DNA of 63,131 bases, filler included, from Octopus bimaculoides (GCF_001194135.2; 8 parts of 7 records of this genome joined end to end with filler, not necessarily neighbours in it); one strand, 5' to 3'. Positions 40,931 through 53,345 are shown, counted from the first letter of the whole stretch. Notes: generated by a model from the letters alone, not told the origin. Numbers and translations are program-made.

Positions 40931-41001
40931 TCTTTGCTATTGAGACCACTCCTCTTGTTGGACATTTCTGTGTGGGAAGCTCTATGTGGACATTGAAACG
41001 G
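40931..41001 (-). other. Candidate upstream exon (71 bp), possibly containing a start codon
   Basis: Acceptor gctgttatttctag| and donor aga|gtaagt. It contains ATG-SNKRSGLNSK ending in phase 2, compatible with the 33928 exon frame. Confidence 0.3.
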
Positions 41002-41194
41002 CTAGAAATAACAGCAAAGTCTCTCAAAGATCTCATTCTATCAACTTTGTGAAAAAGTGAACAAGAATGCTTTGGGTAAAGTAAAATGGGGTAAATTATG
41101 TATTGAAAGGTGAGATGGTCATGGCTAGAATGTGTTTGATCCTTTAATTATGGATCTGATTAATTAAAGCTAACCTGGGCTTAAATATCTTTTC

Positions 41195-41600
41195 TATTAT
41201 AGACATGAGGCTGCAATTTTGGAGGAGGGGCGGGTATCAGTTACATCAACCCCAGTGTATAACTGGTACTTATTTAATCGACCCCCTAAAGAATGAAAGG
41301 TTGGAACTCAGAACATGAAGATGACAAAGCGCTGTCAAGTATTTTGTCCAGCATTCTAATGATTCTGCCAGCTTGGTACCATTTTAATGGTTTCAAATTT
41401 TGGCAGAATGTCACCAATTTTAGGAGAGTGGGGGTTGATTATATCAACCCCAGTGCATGACTGGTACACATTTTTTTCGACCTTGAAAGGATAAAGGGCA
41501 AAGTTGATGCTGGTGGAATCTGAACTCAAACCATTAAAGACAGACAAAATGCTTCCAAGCATTTTGTCCAGTCTGCTAACGACTCTGCCAGCTTTTGCTG
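41195..41600 (-). mobile_element. Two tandem family A SINE copies
   Basis: Both show actggtac..ttt..tcgacc..gaaagg and ..aactca.a..., ending in ctgccagct. Confidence 0.75.
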
Positions 41601-41634
41601 CCGTTTGCAGAGGTTGAATATCAACAACAACAAC

Positions 41635-41675
<41 letters not shown>

Positions 41676-41859
41676 CTACGACTTCCCTGCTAGAATTTAC
41701 CATTCTTTTGTTTAAATCGGAAACACTTATAAAGTTGGAGTCTGGAACATTATCAAAGGTTCTTAAATATCATAACGAAGGGAGGTTTTAATTAAGATAT
41801 GATTAATTTAAAACATTAAAACAAATTTTATCAAATAAAAAGAGTAATTAGAGAATCAA

Positions 41860-42010
41860 ATGGGATGCTTTGCACTGTTTGTTTTGGATCTGTGCACCCT
41901 GAGTTCAAATTCACCTTGGTCATCTTCCAGGGTTGATAAAAAAAAGGCACCAAACAAGAATGGTGGAGTGACTGATTTGCAGGGTGTACAAGACTAATGT
42001 TGGCAGATTG
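41860..42010 (+). mobile_element. Degenerate family A SINE
   Basis: ctgagttcaaattcaccttggtc...gggttgataaa. Confidence 0.5.
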
Positions 42011-42099
42011 CATAGAAAGGAAACGAAAATTCAATACCCCATCCAAAAATTAAAGTATTTTAGAAAATCAAATATTAACTAGATTATGGCTGGGAGAGA

Positions 42100-42860
42100 A
42101 CAGTTTAATCAGAGTAGCCATCTTCAGCTTCCACCAAGATGGCTCTGGAACCTGGTGCAAGCATTCTTCATTGTATCCTTGGAGAGATCTTTGAACACCT
42201 CTTTGATCTTGGCTGTCAGCACTGCCTTGGTGTTGCACACAGAACAGTTGGTGTCTTTCTCAACTGCACCCTACACATAATTAATCCATGGGGTTACAGT
42301 TGAGGTTAATTAGGGGACCAGAAATTGAGGCTGATTTTAAGTTGTAGAAATTCTCTGACAACCACTCTAATTCTTTCTTGAAGTATGGCAAAGAATTGAA
42401 TCCTGCTGCCACACATATGGCATTCCAGCAGCAACCATCTCTGGCCAGAGATTGACCACAGTCATCAACAGTTTCACATAGCCATTCTGAATTGAGCCAA
42501 GACCCTGTTCAAAGATGTAGGGATGAATTCTGGCATGTGGACACAGTCAGAACACCTGCTGTGTCTCCTCCTGCTGGCCACATCTTTATAGTCTCCATTA
42601 CAGCTATCCACATCATGTCCAACGGCTTTTACTGTGTCCACCAAGCATTGAACAGTAATCATGATGTTGGCATTTTGACACCCAGCATGAATCATCATGA
42701 TATGGGTAATCATTTCCCGTCCATGTCAGCTAACTTTTCCACAACTACGACTTGAATCTTTATGCTCTCCAATGCCATTGACTCTTCACAAATACATCAA
42801 GCTATTCCTGAAAAAAGGAAACATAAAAATCGTCCAGCTTAGCCTGAACACCCTGTATAA
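42100..42860 (-). mobile_element. Decayed Tc1/mariner-superfamily (maT/DD37D-like) element
   Basis: The minus strand encodes GAVEKDTNCSVCNTKAVLTAKIKEVFKDLSKDTMKNACTRFQSHL. The end at about 42860 reads tatacagggtgttcaggctaag, a TA-CAGGGTG terminus. Confidence 0.6.
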
Positions 42861-43049
42861 GAACATTGGACCTTGTGATATTTGTTGCAACTCTTTGTGT
42901 TTTGGAGTTCAAATTCCATGCTGGCCCACAAGGGTGATAGACTTAATCCAGTTTAAAACCATCACTACATGGATCCTTGGATGCCTTTAGCAGAGTCCAC
43001 TCCGTTGGAAGCATTCAGGCTTAATCTCCAGTCTGAGAATACCTTCCCT

Positions 43050-43161
<112 letters not shown>

Positions 43162-43719
43162 TCTCCCACCTCCTTTCCGCCAGTCTTGGAGACCCTGTAA
43201 AGGGTCAGAGCCCTTGTAAAGGATCAGACACCTTGTAAAGGGTCACTGACTAAAAGATGAGAAAAAAACAGCAATTGAGTTGTCTGTCTCAGGCATATTC
43301 ATATCAAAAAGATGGAGTAAACTCTGCTGTTTATCCTCATCACAGTTCTACAATGGAATATAAAATGACTTTGGGAGAGTCTATTCAGAGACAGGAGGGA
43401 AAAAGAAGAAAAAATGTCGAAAGTGTAAAATAAAATAAAATGTAAACAAAAAGAAACAACAAAACCAATGAAAACTGATTAACCAACTTTCCAACGATAA
43501 AGAAGAACTCCCATTCAGAAGAACTAAGTTAATACACTTCATTCATGGAATCCAGCCAAATGAGTCGACTTCAGTTGCCATTGATTTATTTACTTACCAT
43601 CGTCGTCATCATCATCATCATCATCATCATTATTGTTATTTCTATCATTATCATTCTTATCATTTCTCATGTTGTTGTTGTTGTTGTTGTTGTTGTTGTG
43701 CTTATTATTTATGTCAGTG

Positions 43720-43925
43720 TTGTCAGAGCTTTGGACGAAGTGCATTGCAGTATTTTCTCTGAATCTTCACATTCCAAGTTCAAATGCTGCCAAGGTCATC
43801 TCTGCCTTTCATCATTTTGGGGGGATCATTAAATTAAGTACCAGCTGAGCACTGAGATCAGTGTAATCGACTTATCCCCTCTCCCCACCCCCTCAAAATT
43901 GCTGGCCTTGTGCAGAAATTTGAAA
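43720..43925 (+). mobile_element. Family A SINE (5'-decayed)
   Basis: agttcaaatgctgccaaggtc..gcctttcatc..taaattaagtaccag..aaattgctggccttgtgc and an (ATC/ATT)n tail. Confidence 0.75.
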
Positions 43926-43934
43926 TCATCATCA

Positions 43935-43984
<50 letters not shown>

Positions 43985-43991
<7 letters not shown>

Positions 43992-44425
43992 CGCTTTCCA
44001 TGCTGGCATGGGTTGGACGATTTGACTGAGGACTGGCAAGCCAGAAGGTTGTACCAGGCTCCAATCTGATTTGGCAGAGTTTCTACAGCTGGATGCCCTT
44101 CCTAACGCCAACCACTCCGAGAATGTAGTGGATGCTTTTACGTGCCACTGGCACAAGGGCCATTCAGGTGGTACTGGCAATGGCCATGCTCAAAATGGTG
44201 TATTTTACGTGCCACCTGCACAGGAGCCAGTCGAATGGCACTGGCAACGACCTCACTCGAATATTTTCTAATGTGCCACTAGCACAAGTGCCAGTAAGGT
44301 GACGCTGGTAACAATCACCCTCAAATGGTGCTATTTACGTGCCACTGGCACAGAAGCCAGACAAATGCTCTGACAATGGTCATGCTTGGACGGTGCTGTT
44401 AGTGCTCGGAAAGCAGACATTAAAT
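43985..44425 (-). mobile_element. SINE 3' module, family D, with internal ~66 bp tandem units
   Basis: Contains cagctggatgcccttcctaacgccaacc. Homologous copies lie on + at 46455-46800 and 49290-49575, each ending in (GAT)n. Confidence 0.8.
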
Positions 44426-44484
44426 GATGATGATGATGATGATGATTAGGTGTGGGCATGGCTGTGCAGTAAATAAATTTCAAG

Positions 44485-45110
44485 GCAGCAAGCTGGTAGA
44501 ATGGTTAGCTTTGTGGCATTTCATCTGGCTTCTTTACACTCTGAGTTCAAATTCAGTCAAAGTCAAGTTTGCCTTTCATCCTCTTGGGGTTGATAAAATA
44601 AGTACCAGTCATGCACTGGAGTCAACGCAATCGACTTGCCCTCCCCCTCCTCCAAAATTGCTGGCCTTGTGCCAAAATTCGAGACCAGGTGGTAATCTGG
44701 CAGAATCGTTAGCAAGCCAGGCAAAACACTTCCATCTCTACGTTTTGAGTTCAAATTCCACTGAAGTCAGCTTTACCTTTCATCCTCTTGGGGAATCGAA
44801 GAATTAAGTACCAGTCATGCACTGGGGTCAGTGTAATCGACTGACCTCCCCCCCCCATAAAATTCCCGGCCTTGTGCCTATCATAGAAAGCATTTTTAAG
44901 GTGATAAGTTGCCCGATCGTTGGAGCAGCAGGAGACATGTTTTGCAGTATTCTTCTAACATTTTGCATTCTGAGTTCAAATCTTGCCAAGGTCAACATTG
45001 CCTTTCATCCTTTCAGGGGTCAATAAAATAAATTCCTAGTTGGGTTCTGGGGCCAATGTAACCAACCTACCTCTCTTCTCAAAATTGCTGGCCTTCTGCC
45101 AAAATTACAA
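44485..45110 (+). mobile_element. Three head-to-tail family A SINE copies
   Basis: The gagttcaaat..cctttcatcct..gataaaat..aaattgctggcct unit repeats three times. Confidence 0.8.
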
Positions 45111-45694
45111 AGGATTATTATCATTGTGGTTGTTGGGGTTATTTTTATTACCATTATTCCTTTTGTTGTTGTTTTTATTTTATTGTTATCATTGTTATTA
45201 TCTTTATTATTATTGTTATGATTATTAGTGCTATTGTTGTTGTTGTTGTTGTTGCTATTTTCGCTGTTCTGTTTCAATGGATGTAATTAATGGCAGTTTT
45301 ATTTATAGAGAAGATCTATTAACCGACTCCATTCAGACTTCATTCATACATGAAATGACAACAACTTACATTACTTTCTGCTGCTTAAAATAAATAATAA
45401 ATAACGTAAATGGACGTCTAACTGGTGTTAGAAGAAAAATGTCGCAACTTGCAAACAAGACAATCCAGATGACCAACCAAACAAATCATATTGATTATTT
45501 CTCAGCCTTTCATTGAGAATAAAGGCGATTTCAATATTCTTTTCTTCATTTTATTTTGTAACAAATGAATTTAATTTATTGAGTCAATACCAGTTGTTGC
45601 TGCTGCTGCTGCTGTTGTTGCTGTTGTTGTTTGGCTCCAGGTTTGTCCCAGGGTAGCTCTGATCAATCTACAGATTGGCAGTTTGCCCACCCAG

Positions 45695-45870
45695 GTGCAG
45701 ACATGGCTGTGTGGTTAAGAAATTCGCTTCCTACCCAGAAGGCTTTGGGTTCAGTACTCTTGTGTGGCACCTTGAGCATGTGTATTCTACTACAGCTCCA
45801 GACTGACCAAAGCCTTGTGTGTAGATTTGAAAGACAGAAACTGTGCAGAAGCATGTTGTATATCCTCTTC
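45695..45870 (+). mobile_element. Family B SINE 5' half
   Basis: ggtgcagacatggctgtgtggttaag...gggttcagt...ggcaccttgagc...gaccaaagccttgtg. Confidence 0.75.
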
Positions 45871-45987
45871 CTCCTTGTCATCGTCAACATTGTTAAACAT
45901 CCAGCTAATTAATAAATAACAAATTAAAAAGAAGAGGTACGTGAGTACATGACTCCTGTTCTTTTGTCAATCGTTTATTAATTAACA

Positions 45988-46200
45988 TTGGTTTCAAATT
46001 TGGCAGAAGGCCAGCAGTGTCGAGGGAGGGGCAGACTGCTTACATCAACCCAAGTATTCAACTGGTACTTATTATTTTATCGACCCTGAAAGGATGAAAA
46101 GCGAAGTCAACCCTGGCAGCATTTAAACTCAAAACGTGAAGACAGACAAAATGTCGCTATGCATTCTTTTCCCAGCTTGCTAACGACTCTGCCAGCTTGT
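45988..46200 (-). mobile_element. Family A SINE
   Basis: actggtacttattattttatcgaccctgaaaggatgaaaagc...ttaaactcaaaacg...ctgccagct. Confidence 0.8.
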
Positions 46201-46454
46201 CAACCTCATTTATTAATTAATGTTACACTCTATACTGAGCTGTTGGTATGGAAAGAAGAAACCTGCAGTGGAGGCCATCTAACAATTAACTCCTCCTCAC
46301 CACTGGACCTGAGTAATACTGTGAATTATAAGAGCATGGTGAGTTCTATAACCTGGTTTTTTGGCAACACCATGGCTAAGCAAAGTCATAAAATTGATAT
46401 GTGTGTGTGTGGGGGGGGGGTTTATATGTATGTGTAGATATATATGGATAGAGG

Positions 46455-46771
46455 CAAAGTGGCTGAGTTCTTTCCAAGCATTGGGCCTCACGGAGGCAAC
46501 GACCAAATCCTTTGGCATTATGTTGTGCTTGAGTAGAAAACCCATCAAGCTGAGCAAAATCGCAGTTGTGGCAGATAATGGTGTCACGCAAATGGCACCC
46601 ATGCTGGTGACACATAAAGGTACCAATTACACTTTTGAAGTGGTTGGCATTAGGAAAGGCATCCAACTGTAGAAAACCATGCCAAATCAGACTGGAGTCT
46701 GGTGCAGCCCCTCAGTTTACCATCCCTGTTCAAACTGTCCAACCCATGCCAGCATGGCCAATGGACGTTAA

Positions 46772-46805
<34 letters not shown>
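46455..46805 (+). mobile_element. Family D SINE module
   Basis: ggttggcattaggaaaggcatccaactgtagaaa...aacccatgccagcatgg and a (GAT)n tail. Confidence 0.75.
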
Positions 46806-46807
<2 letters not shown>

Positions 46808-46869
46808 TATATGTATGTATATATGCATATACACATATATATAAATACATGTATATAAAGAGCCTTAGT

Positions 46870-47327
46870 CAAAGCCAATCCACGCACAACTGTTCAAGAG
46901 CTTGTTTCTGAATTACACGTAACGTATACAACAATTTCCAACCACTTGAAAGAGATTGGAAAAGCAAAAATACTTGAGAAATGGGTGCCGCATGAATTGA
47001 ACGACAAGCAAAAAAAAACGCCGTTTTGAAGTGTCGTCTTTCCTTCTTTTACGCAACAAGAATGATCCGTTTCTCGACCGAATTGTGACTTGCGATGAAA
47101 AGTGGATTCTTTACGACAACCGGCGACGCTCAGCTCAGTGGCTGGACGCCGGCGACGCTCAGCTCAGTGGCTGGACGCCGACGAAGCTCCACAGCACTTC
47201 CCGAAGCCAAAGTTGCACCAAAAGAAGGTTATGGTGACTGTTTGGTGGTCTGCAGCTGGTCTCATGCAAGACAGCTTTTTGGATCCAGGTGAAACCATTA
47301 CGGTGGAGAAGTACTGTCAGCAAATAC
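46870..47327 (+). mobile_element. Mariner (Hsmar1/SETMAR-like) transposase fragment
   Basis: NPRTTVQEL...KWVPHELN...FLDRIVTCDEKWILYDN...[17 protein letters not shown]...[12 protein letters not shown], frameshifted by a 29 bp duplication. Confidence 0.9.
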
Positions 47328-47363
47328 ATATATATATGTATGTATATATATGTCTGCATATAC

Positions 47364-47394
<31 letters not shown>

Positions 47395-47396
47395 TG

Positions 47397-47437
<41 letters not shown>

Positions 47438-47949
47438 AAAACAAAAAATGGAACAAGAACATAACAGGTGACAACAAAACAGTCAGACAGTCACCACAAT
47501 ACAAAAAAAGGACAGGAAAAAAATCAACGATGAGTCAATCGGAGCTTTCAATCTTCAGTCGAGTTCCAGATTGTCTTTGCAAAACATCTAACATCGCCAC
47601 ACCTTTCTCACATTCCTCCTTCTCCTTTATTATTACCATTCTTTACTCTCTTTCCATCACTTTCTATCCCCTCCCCACCAAATAAAGACAGAACTGCCCA
47701 CATACACCAATTAACCTTTTGATTGGTGAAAATTGATAAACATCCTTCGGTTATACATTTGTTGTTTCCAACATTAGCGCCATATCACCTGAAGAAATGA
47801 AGACATCAATATGATCCACCTGATGTCTGTGGATATTACAGACAGTACTGTAACCATCCGAGGAATACAGACTTTGATCGAAAGAAACATGTGATTTATA
47901 AGAACGCACATAGTGATGTATTGAAATATTTATAAATTCTATCCATGGA

Positions 47950-48254
47950 TTATTATTATTATTATTATTATTCAGTAGTTTTATTTTTATAACGTGCTTT
48001 CACTTCACTACCGAGCGCTGCTCTGTGTGCCTTGGGTATGTGCTATGGTTTGCTGTGATGCTCTTATGGTTACTGTATTGAAAGTGTTTTGCATAGGATG
48101 TGTTCAGTGCCCAGTAGTGCAATTTTTTTGTATGTTATATATATTTGTAAGTCCTGGTGTTTTTGTTATGTATTTGTCTGAATATTTTTTTATTATACCT
48201 AAGGCACCTACTATGATAGGAATTGTTTCTGTTTTTAGATTCCACATTTGAGTT
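47950..48254 (-). mobile_element. R4/Dong-like LINE 3' end with (TAA)n tail
   Basis: MWNLKTETIPIIVGALGIIKKYSDKYITKTPGLTNIYNIQKIALLGTEHILCKTLSIQ*, homologous to 13429-13581. Confidence 0.8.
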
Positions 48255-48784
48255 NNNNNNNNNNNNNNNNNNNNNNNNNNNNNNNNNNNNNNNNNNNNTT
48301 AATTAATTAANNNNNNNNNNNNNNNNNNNNNNNNNNNNNNNNNNNNNNNNNNNNATATATATGTGTGTGTGTGTGTGTGTATATACATATATATATATAT
48401 GTATGTGCCTATAATGCATGTGACAACACCATTTTTCTCTTTTCTTCTGTCTTGGTGAGAAAGGTCCTGTAGCTAACATGTTTCATCATGCCACACCAGG
48501 AATCTGTCCTGTGTTAGTTTTAGTTGATCCTTCCGTTTTTAAGATAATAAGGCGCAGTTTGAGAGAATTTTGTTACTATTTCTAGTAAATCAAACCTGTG
48601 ATAATGTTATGGATCAGAGGTTAGCAGAGTGGTCAGTATTAACCCCACAGGTCTGCATGGCTATCCCAGGAGTCAACAAACTCCTGAAACAATATTGAGC
48701 ATTAAAGGTGATCAGTTATTAGTCAACCAAATCTGGAAGATGATAGTAATTTACGGTTAAAACTCACTAATTTCCAGCCAGAGG

Positions 48785-49011
48785 TTAACTCTTTAGCATT
48801 CTGAGTTCTGTTAAATGTAATACTTATTTATTCACATTGTTTTGAATTGATCATACATTATCTTATAGCTTTGATATTTCGATGCTGTGATTGTTTACAT
48901 TTTATAATGACATTGTAGGATTGGTGTGAGAAGCTGGATTTGGCCAGTTTGAACAGAAAACAGTTAGACTATTTGGGCTGGGTATGGCCATTTTAAATGC
49001 TAAAGGGCTAA
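48785..49011. mobile_element. MITE with piggyBac-like TTAA-CCCT termini, about 227 bp
   Basis: Left end ttaactctttagcatt and right end aatgctaaagggctaa form imperfect inverted repeats. Confidence 0.6.
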
Positions 49012-49233
49012 TGCAAATAAGCACTTCCTTTCATGTTGCTCTGCTGGTGGAAGAAGCAGAATCATTGGTGCACCAGCAAAAATGCTTCACAGTATATCTT
49101 CCAGCTCTCTACATTCTGAGTTTAAATCATACGTTTTAATTTTATTTTGAAAATTTACATGGTGCAGGTATATCTATGTAGTAAGATGCTTGGTTCCCAA
49201 CCACATGGTTCCTGGTTCATATATTTATATAAA

Positions 49234-49269
<36 letters not shown>

Positions 49270-49289
49270 TATGTGTGTACATAGAAAAT

Positions 49290-49575
49290 ACCATTTGAGC
49301 CAGTGCTGCTGGACTCACTCCTGTGCAGGTGGCACATGAAAAAAACACCATTTGTTCGTGGCCGTTGCAAGTACCGAATGACTGGCCTTTGTGCCAGTGG
49401 CATGTAAAAGCTCCCACTACACTCTTGGAGTGGCTGGCGTTAGGAAGGACATCCAGCTGTAGAAACTCTGCCAGATCAGATTGGAGCCTGGTGCAGCCAT
49501 CTGGCTCACCAGTCCTCAGTCAAACCATTCAACCCATTCTAGTATGGAAAGCAGACGTTAAAGCGATGATGATGA
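49290..49575 (+). mobile_element. Family D SINE module
   Basis: ggctggcgttaggaaggacatccagctgtagaaactctgcc...cagacgttaaagcgatgatgatg. Confidence 0.8.
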
Positions 49576-50709
49576 TGTATCAATATATATATGTATCGAT
49601 ATATGTATATATATATATATGTATATGTATGTATATGTATATATGTATGTATATATATATATGTGTGTACATATATGTATATGTATATATATGTATATAT
49701 ATGTGTGTATATATATGTGTATANNNNNNNNNNNNNNNNNNNNNNNNNNNNNNNNNNNNNNNNNNNNNNNNNNNNNNNNNNNNNNNNNNNNNNNNNNNNN
49801 NNNNNNNNNNNNNNNNNNNNNNNNNNNNNNNNNNNNNNNNNNNNNNNNNNNNNNNNNNNNNNNNNNNNNNNNNNNNNNNNNNNNNNNNNNNNNNNNNNNN
49901 NNNNNNNNNNNNNNNNNNNNNNNNNNNNNNNNNNNNNNNNNNNNNNNNNNNNNNNNNNNNNNNNNNNNNNNNNNNNNNNNNNNNNNNNNNNNNNNNNNNN
50001 NNNNNNNNNNNNNNNNNNNNNNNNNNNNNNNNNNNNNNNNNNNNNNNNNNNNNNNNNNNNNNNNNNNNNNNNNNNNNNNNNNNNNNNNNNNNNNNNNNNN
50101 NNNNNNNNNNNNNNNNNNNNNNNNNNNNNNNNNNNNNNNNNNNNNNNNNNNNNNNNNNNNNNNNNNNNNNNNNNNNNNNNNNNNNNNNNNNNNNNNNNNN
50201 NNNNNNNNNNNNNNNNNNNNNNNNNNNNNNNNNNNNNNNNNNNNNNNNNNNNNNNNNNNNNNNNNNNNNNNNNNNNNNNNNNNNNNNNNNNNNNNNNNNN
50301 NNNNNNNNNNNNNNNNNNNNNNNNNNNNNNNNNNNNNNNNNNNNNNNNNNNNNNNNNNNNNNNNNNNNNNNNNNNNNNNNNNNNNNNNNNNNNNNNNNNN
50401 NNNNNNNNNNNNNNNNNNNNNNNNNNNNNNNNNNNNNNNNNNNNNNNNNNNNNNNNNNNNNNNNNNNNNNNNNNNNNNNNNNNNNNNNNNNNNNNNNNNN
50501 NNNNNNNNNNNNNNNNNNNNNNNNNNNNNNNNNNNNNNNNNNNNNNNNNNNNNNNNNNNNNNNNNNNNNNNNNNNNNNNNNNNNNNNNNNNNNNNNNNNN
50601 NNNNNNNNNNNNNNNNNNNNNNNNNNNNNNNNNNNNNNNNNNNNNNNNNNNNNNNNNNNNNNNNNNNNNNNNNNNNNNNNNNNNNNNNNNNNNNNNNNNN
50701 NNNNNNNNN

Positions 50710-50900
50710 AGATCCAGATTATCCTTGCAATTTCGGCTGGTTATTCTCGATATTGCTCCAATCTGGCCAGCCACAAGGAAAAACTAAGCTAAGAGCATTA
50801 GATTCCTTGGAAGAAAGCAGCGAATGTATACAAAAACAAGGATGGAAAAAAAATGAACAATGTTACACAAATACAATAAAAATAATAAAACAGGACAATA
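50710..50900. mobile_element. Interspersed repeat related to 47430-47650
   Basis: Shares ccagatt..c.ttgcaa and a aaacaaaa..caa..aca tail structure. Family assignment is uncertain (possibly Penelope-associated). Confidence 0.35.
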
Positions 50901-50929
50901 CATATATATATATATATATATGCATATAT

Positions 50930-52020
50930 GACTCTGGGATTACATTACCTTCTAGTCCAGCGTATTCCGGTTTTAGTCTGGTGTTGGAGTGCCGAAAATT
51001 TTTGTATTCATTTTTGTTAGCCCATTTGTAGATGTCTTTCAGGTCTTTCGGCAGATTTATGATGTCCTCTGGGTTCCTAACTGCCTGCAATACTTTTGTG
51101 TCTGGCTGACTGTGCTGTGGAGGGCATGTCTGAGAGGGCCACCACAAGTAGTAGCAGCCCCGGTACAGTTTTTGTGGGACTCCGCTGAGAATTCGTGTCT
51201 CTTCAGAGTTAGCACCATTGGCTACAACTGTCTGACTTCTGCCCTTCAGAAAATCATGCAGCCACTCTCCCAGTTTCCCGGTAATACCAAGGTTTCGCAG
51301 CTTGTGACATATCATGCCATGATCAACCTTGTTGAAAGCCTTGGCAAAATCAAGATATATCACGTCTGCAGCTGACTGGTTTAGCTGTTGCTTCAGTACC
51401 CAGTCAAAGTGTTGCAGCAACTGTGTAAGGCAGCTCCTCCTTGGACGGAAGCCATGTTGCATGTTTGTGAGAAAGTTGTTTTAATCTAGGAATGTGGTCA
51501 GCTTTTTTCTGACAATGCGTTCCATCGTCTTGCTAACATGTGAGGTCAGAGAGATGGGCCTGTAGTTTCTAGCATCTGCTCTGCTTTCTCCTTTATGGAC
51601 TGTGCATATTATACCCTCTTTTATCATGTTGGGAAGTTTACCACATGCAAGGAAACTCTGAAAGAGTATCTGCAGTGGCTTTGCAAGAGCCTTTTTACAT
51701 GTCTTTAAAAGAGCAGCTGGGAGTCCATCTGGACCTGTTGCTGAGTTTGATCTCATCTCCTCAATGCCCGATATTACATCCTCTTCTGTTATGTTGATGT
51801 AATTAATGGTTGTCTCTTTTCCGAATGGATTCATTACATTGAAAAACTCCTTCAGTTTGTTTATTTGCATCTTCTCCAGTGAAGAAGTGAAAACACTTCG
51901 GAATTGTTTATTTAGTGCTTCACTTATCTTCCCCAGGTCTGCAGTTAGCCGTTTTTACCAAATAGTGGCCCTATCTTATAGCGTACGGAGGCAGACTCCT
52001 TTGCAAACATGTAGAAGGCT
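50930..52020 (-). mobile_element. CR1-type LINE reverse transcriptase fragment, decayed
   Basis: SATGPDG...NYRPISLTSHVSKTMER...QHGFRPRRSCLTQLL...YLDFAKAFNKVDHG...SGVPQ, with a stop and a frameshift. Confidence 0.92.
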
Positions 52021-53094
52021 TTAGGATTTCTTTTTATATTTTTGACTGCCCAGATTTCTGTTTTTCTCTTTCTTTTTCATGGGAGATGTTGAGTTTATTT
52101 TCTATCTTGAAGAGTTCCTGTCAGGTGGGGTTTCAAACTGTCATTAAGGTGTTTGTTTGAACAATTCAAGCTAAATAAGTTAATTAACAATTTTTAGCTC
52201 ATAATACTTAAATTATTAGACATTTTCTATAAATCTTTGCTATTGAAGTTAATAAGGTATGGATATTTTATTATGGTTTTTTAGTGATTAGGCTGTCTTT
52301 ATTCCTTTTCTCTGGTGCTCTACCCTAACTTATCATTTTATTATTATTATTATTATCATCATTTTATAGTAGCCTTAAATAAATCTAATCTTTGTACCCC
52401 TATTAATTCATACTTAGCTTATATAAGATAATACCGGTATCTCTACAGCTTAAAATAGTTCAATTTAATTAAATTAGTATATAGTTAACATGTTCTTTAA
52501 CCTCAGTGCTCCCTTATTAAATACCAGTTATATCCAATTGATCAATCTCCATAGAAACTATCTAATAAGTTAATATTTAGATAAATAATAAGTAAAAAAA
52601 ATATTAAATTATTTCTTTGTAATTTTCTTTCCCTCCCTCTATTGTGATAAAATTTGGTATATACTCAAAATATTCAAAGAAGTTTTATCCTTTTGTTATA
52701 ATATCATTCTTAATAATTACTATTATAAATTATTATGATTAATATAAGACCTTACTGTATCTACACCCCTTCTCCGACTATAATCTATTGGCATATCCCA
52801 CTATTATTTAAAAAAATTCTTTTTTATTATTATTTATCCATCCTATCCCACCGACTGTATAAATGATCTGTCACTGAATGCTCGAAATGAAGAGTAGATA
52901 GACAGCCGACAACTGATGAAGGGTCCTTTCTCTGTATATATTGCTTTTTTTGATTTTATATATAAATATATGTATATATATATATATANNNNNNNNNNNN
53001 NNNNNNNNNNNNNNNNNNNNNNNNNNNNNNNNTTAATTAATTAANNNNNNNNNNNNNNNNNNNNNNNNNNNNNNNNNNNNNNNNNNNNTATATA

Positions 53095-53129
<35 letters not shown>

Positions 53130-53345
53130 GTGTGTGTGTGTGTATTTGCCTCCTAACATCGCTTGACAACCGATGTTGGTGTGTTTATGTTCTCGGTACC
53201 TAGCGGTTCAGCAAAAAAGAGACCGATAGAATAAGTACAAGGCTTACAAAGAAAATGTCCTGAGTTTGATTTGTTCGACTAAAGGCGGGGTTCCAACATG
53301 GCTGCAGTCAAATGACTGAAACAAGTAATAAGAATTAAAGAATAT
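53130..53345 (+). mobile_element. SINE 3' portion, probably family B tail
   Basis: catcgcttgacaaccgatgttggtgtgtt...agaataagtac...gcagtcaaatgactgaaacaagtaa; a decayed second copy follows at about 53410-53600. Confidence 0.65.

Noticed and set aside
44130-44400. CRISPR-like array (repeat units with variable intervening sequence)
   Set aside because: The units are degenerate tandem copies inside a eukaryotic SINE; the spacers are related to one another and there are no cas genes.
52080-52860. Mitochondrial insertion (NUMT)
   Set aside because: It is AT-rich, but I could not recognise any mitochondrial protein, rRNA or tRNA in the frames examined.
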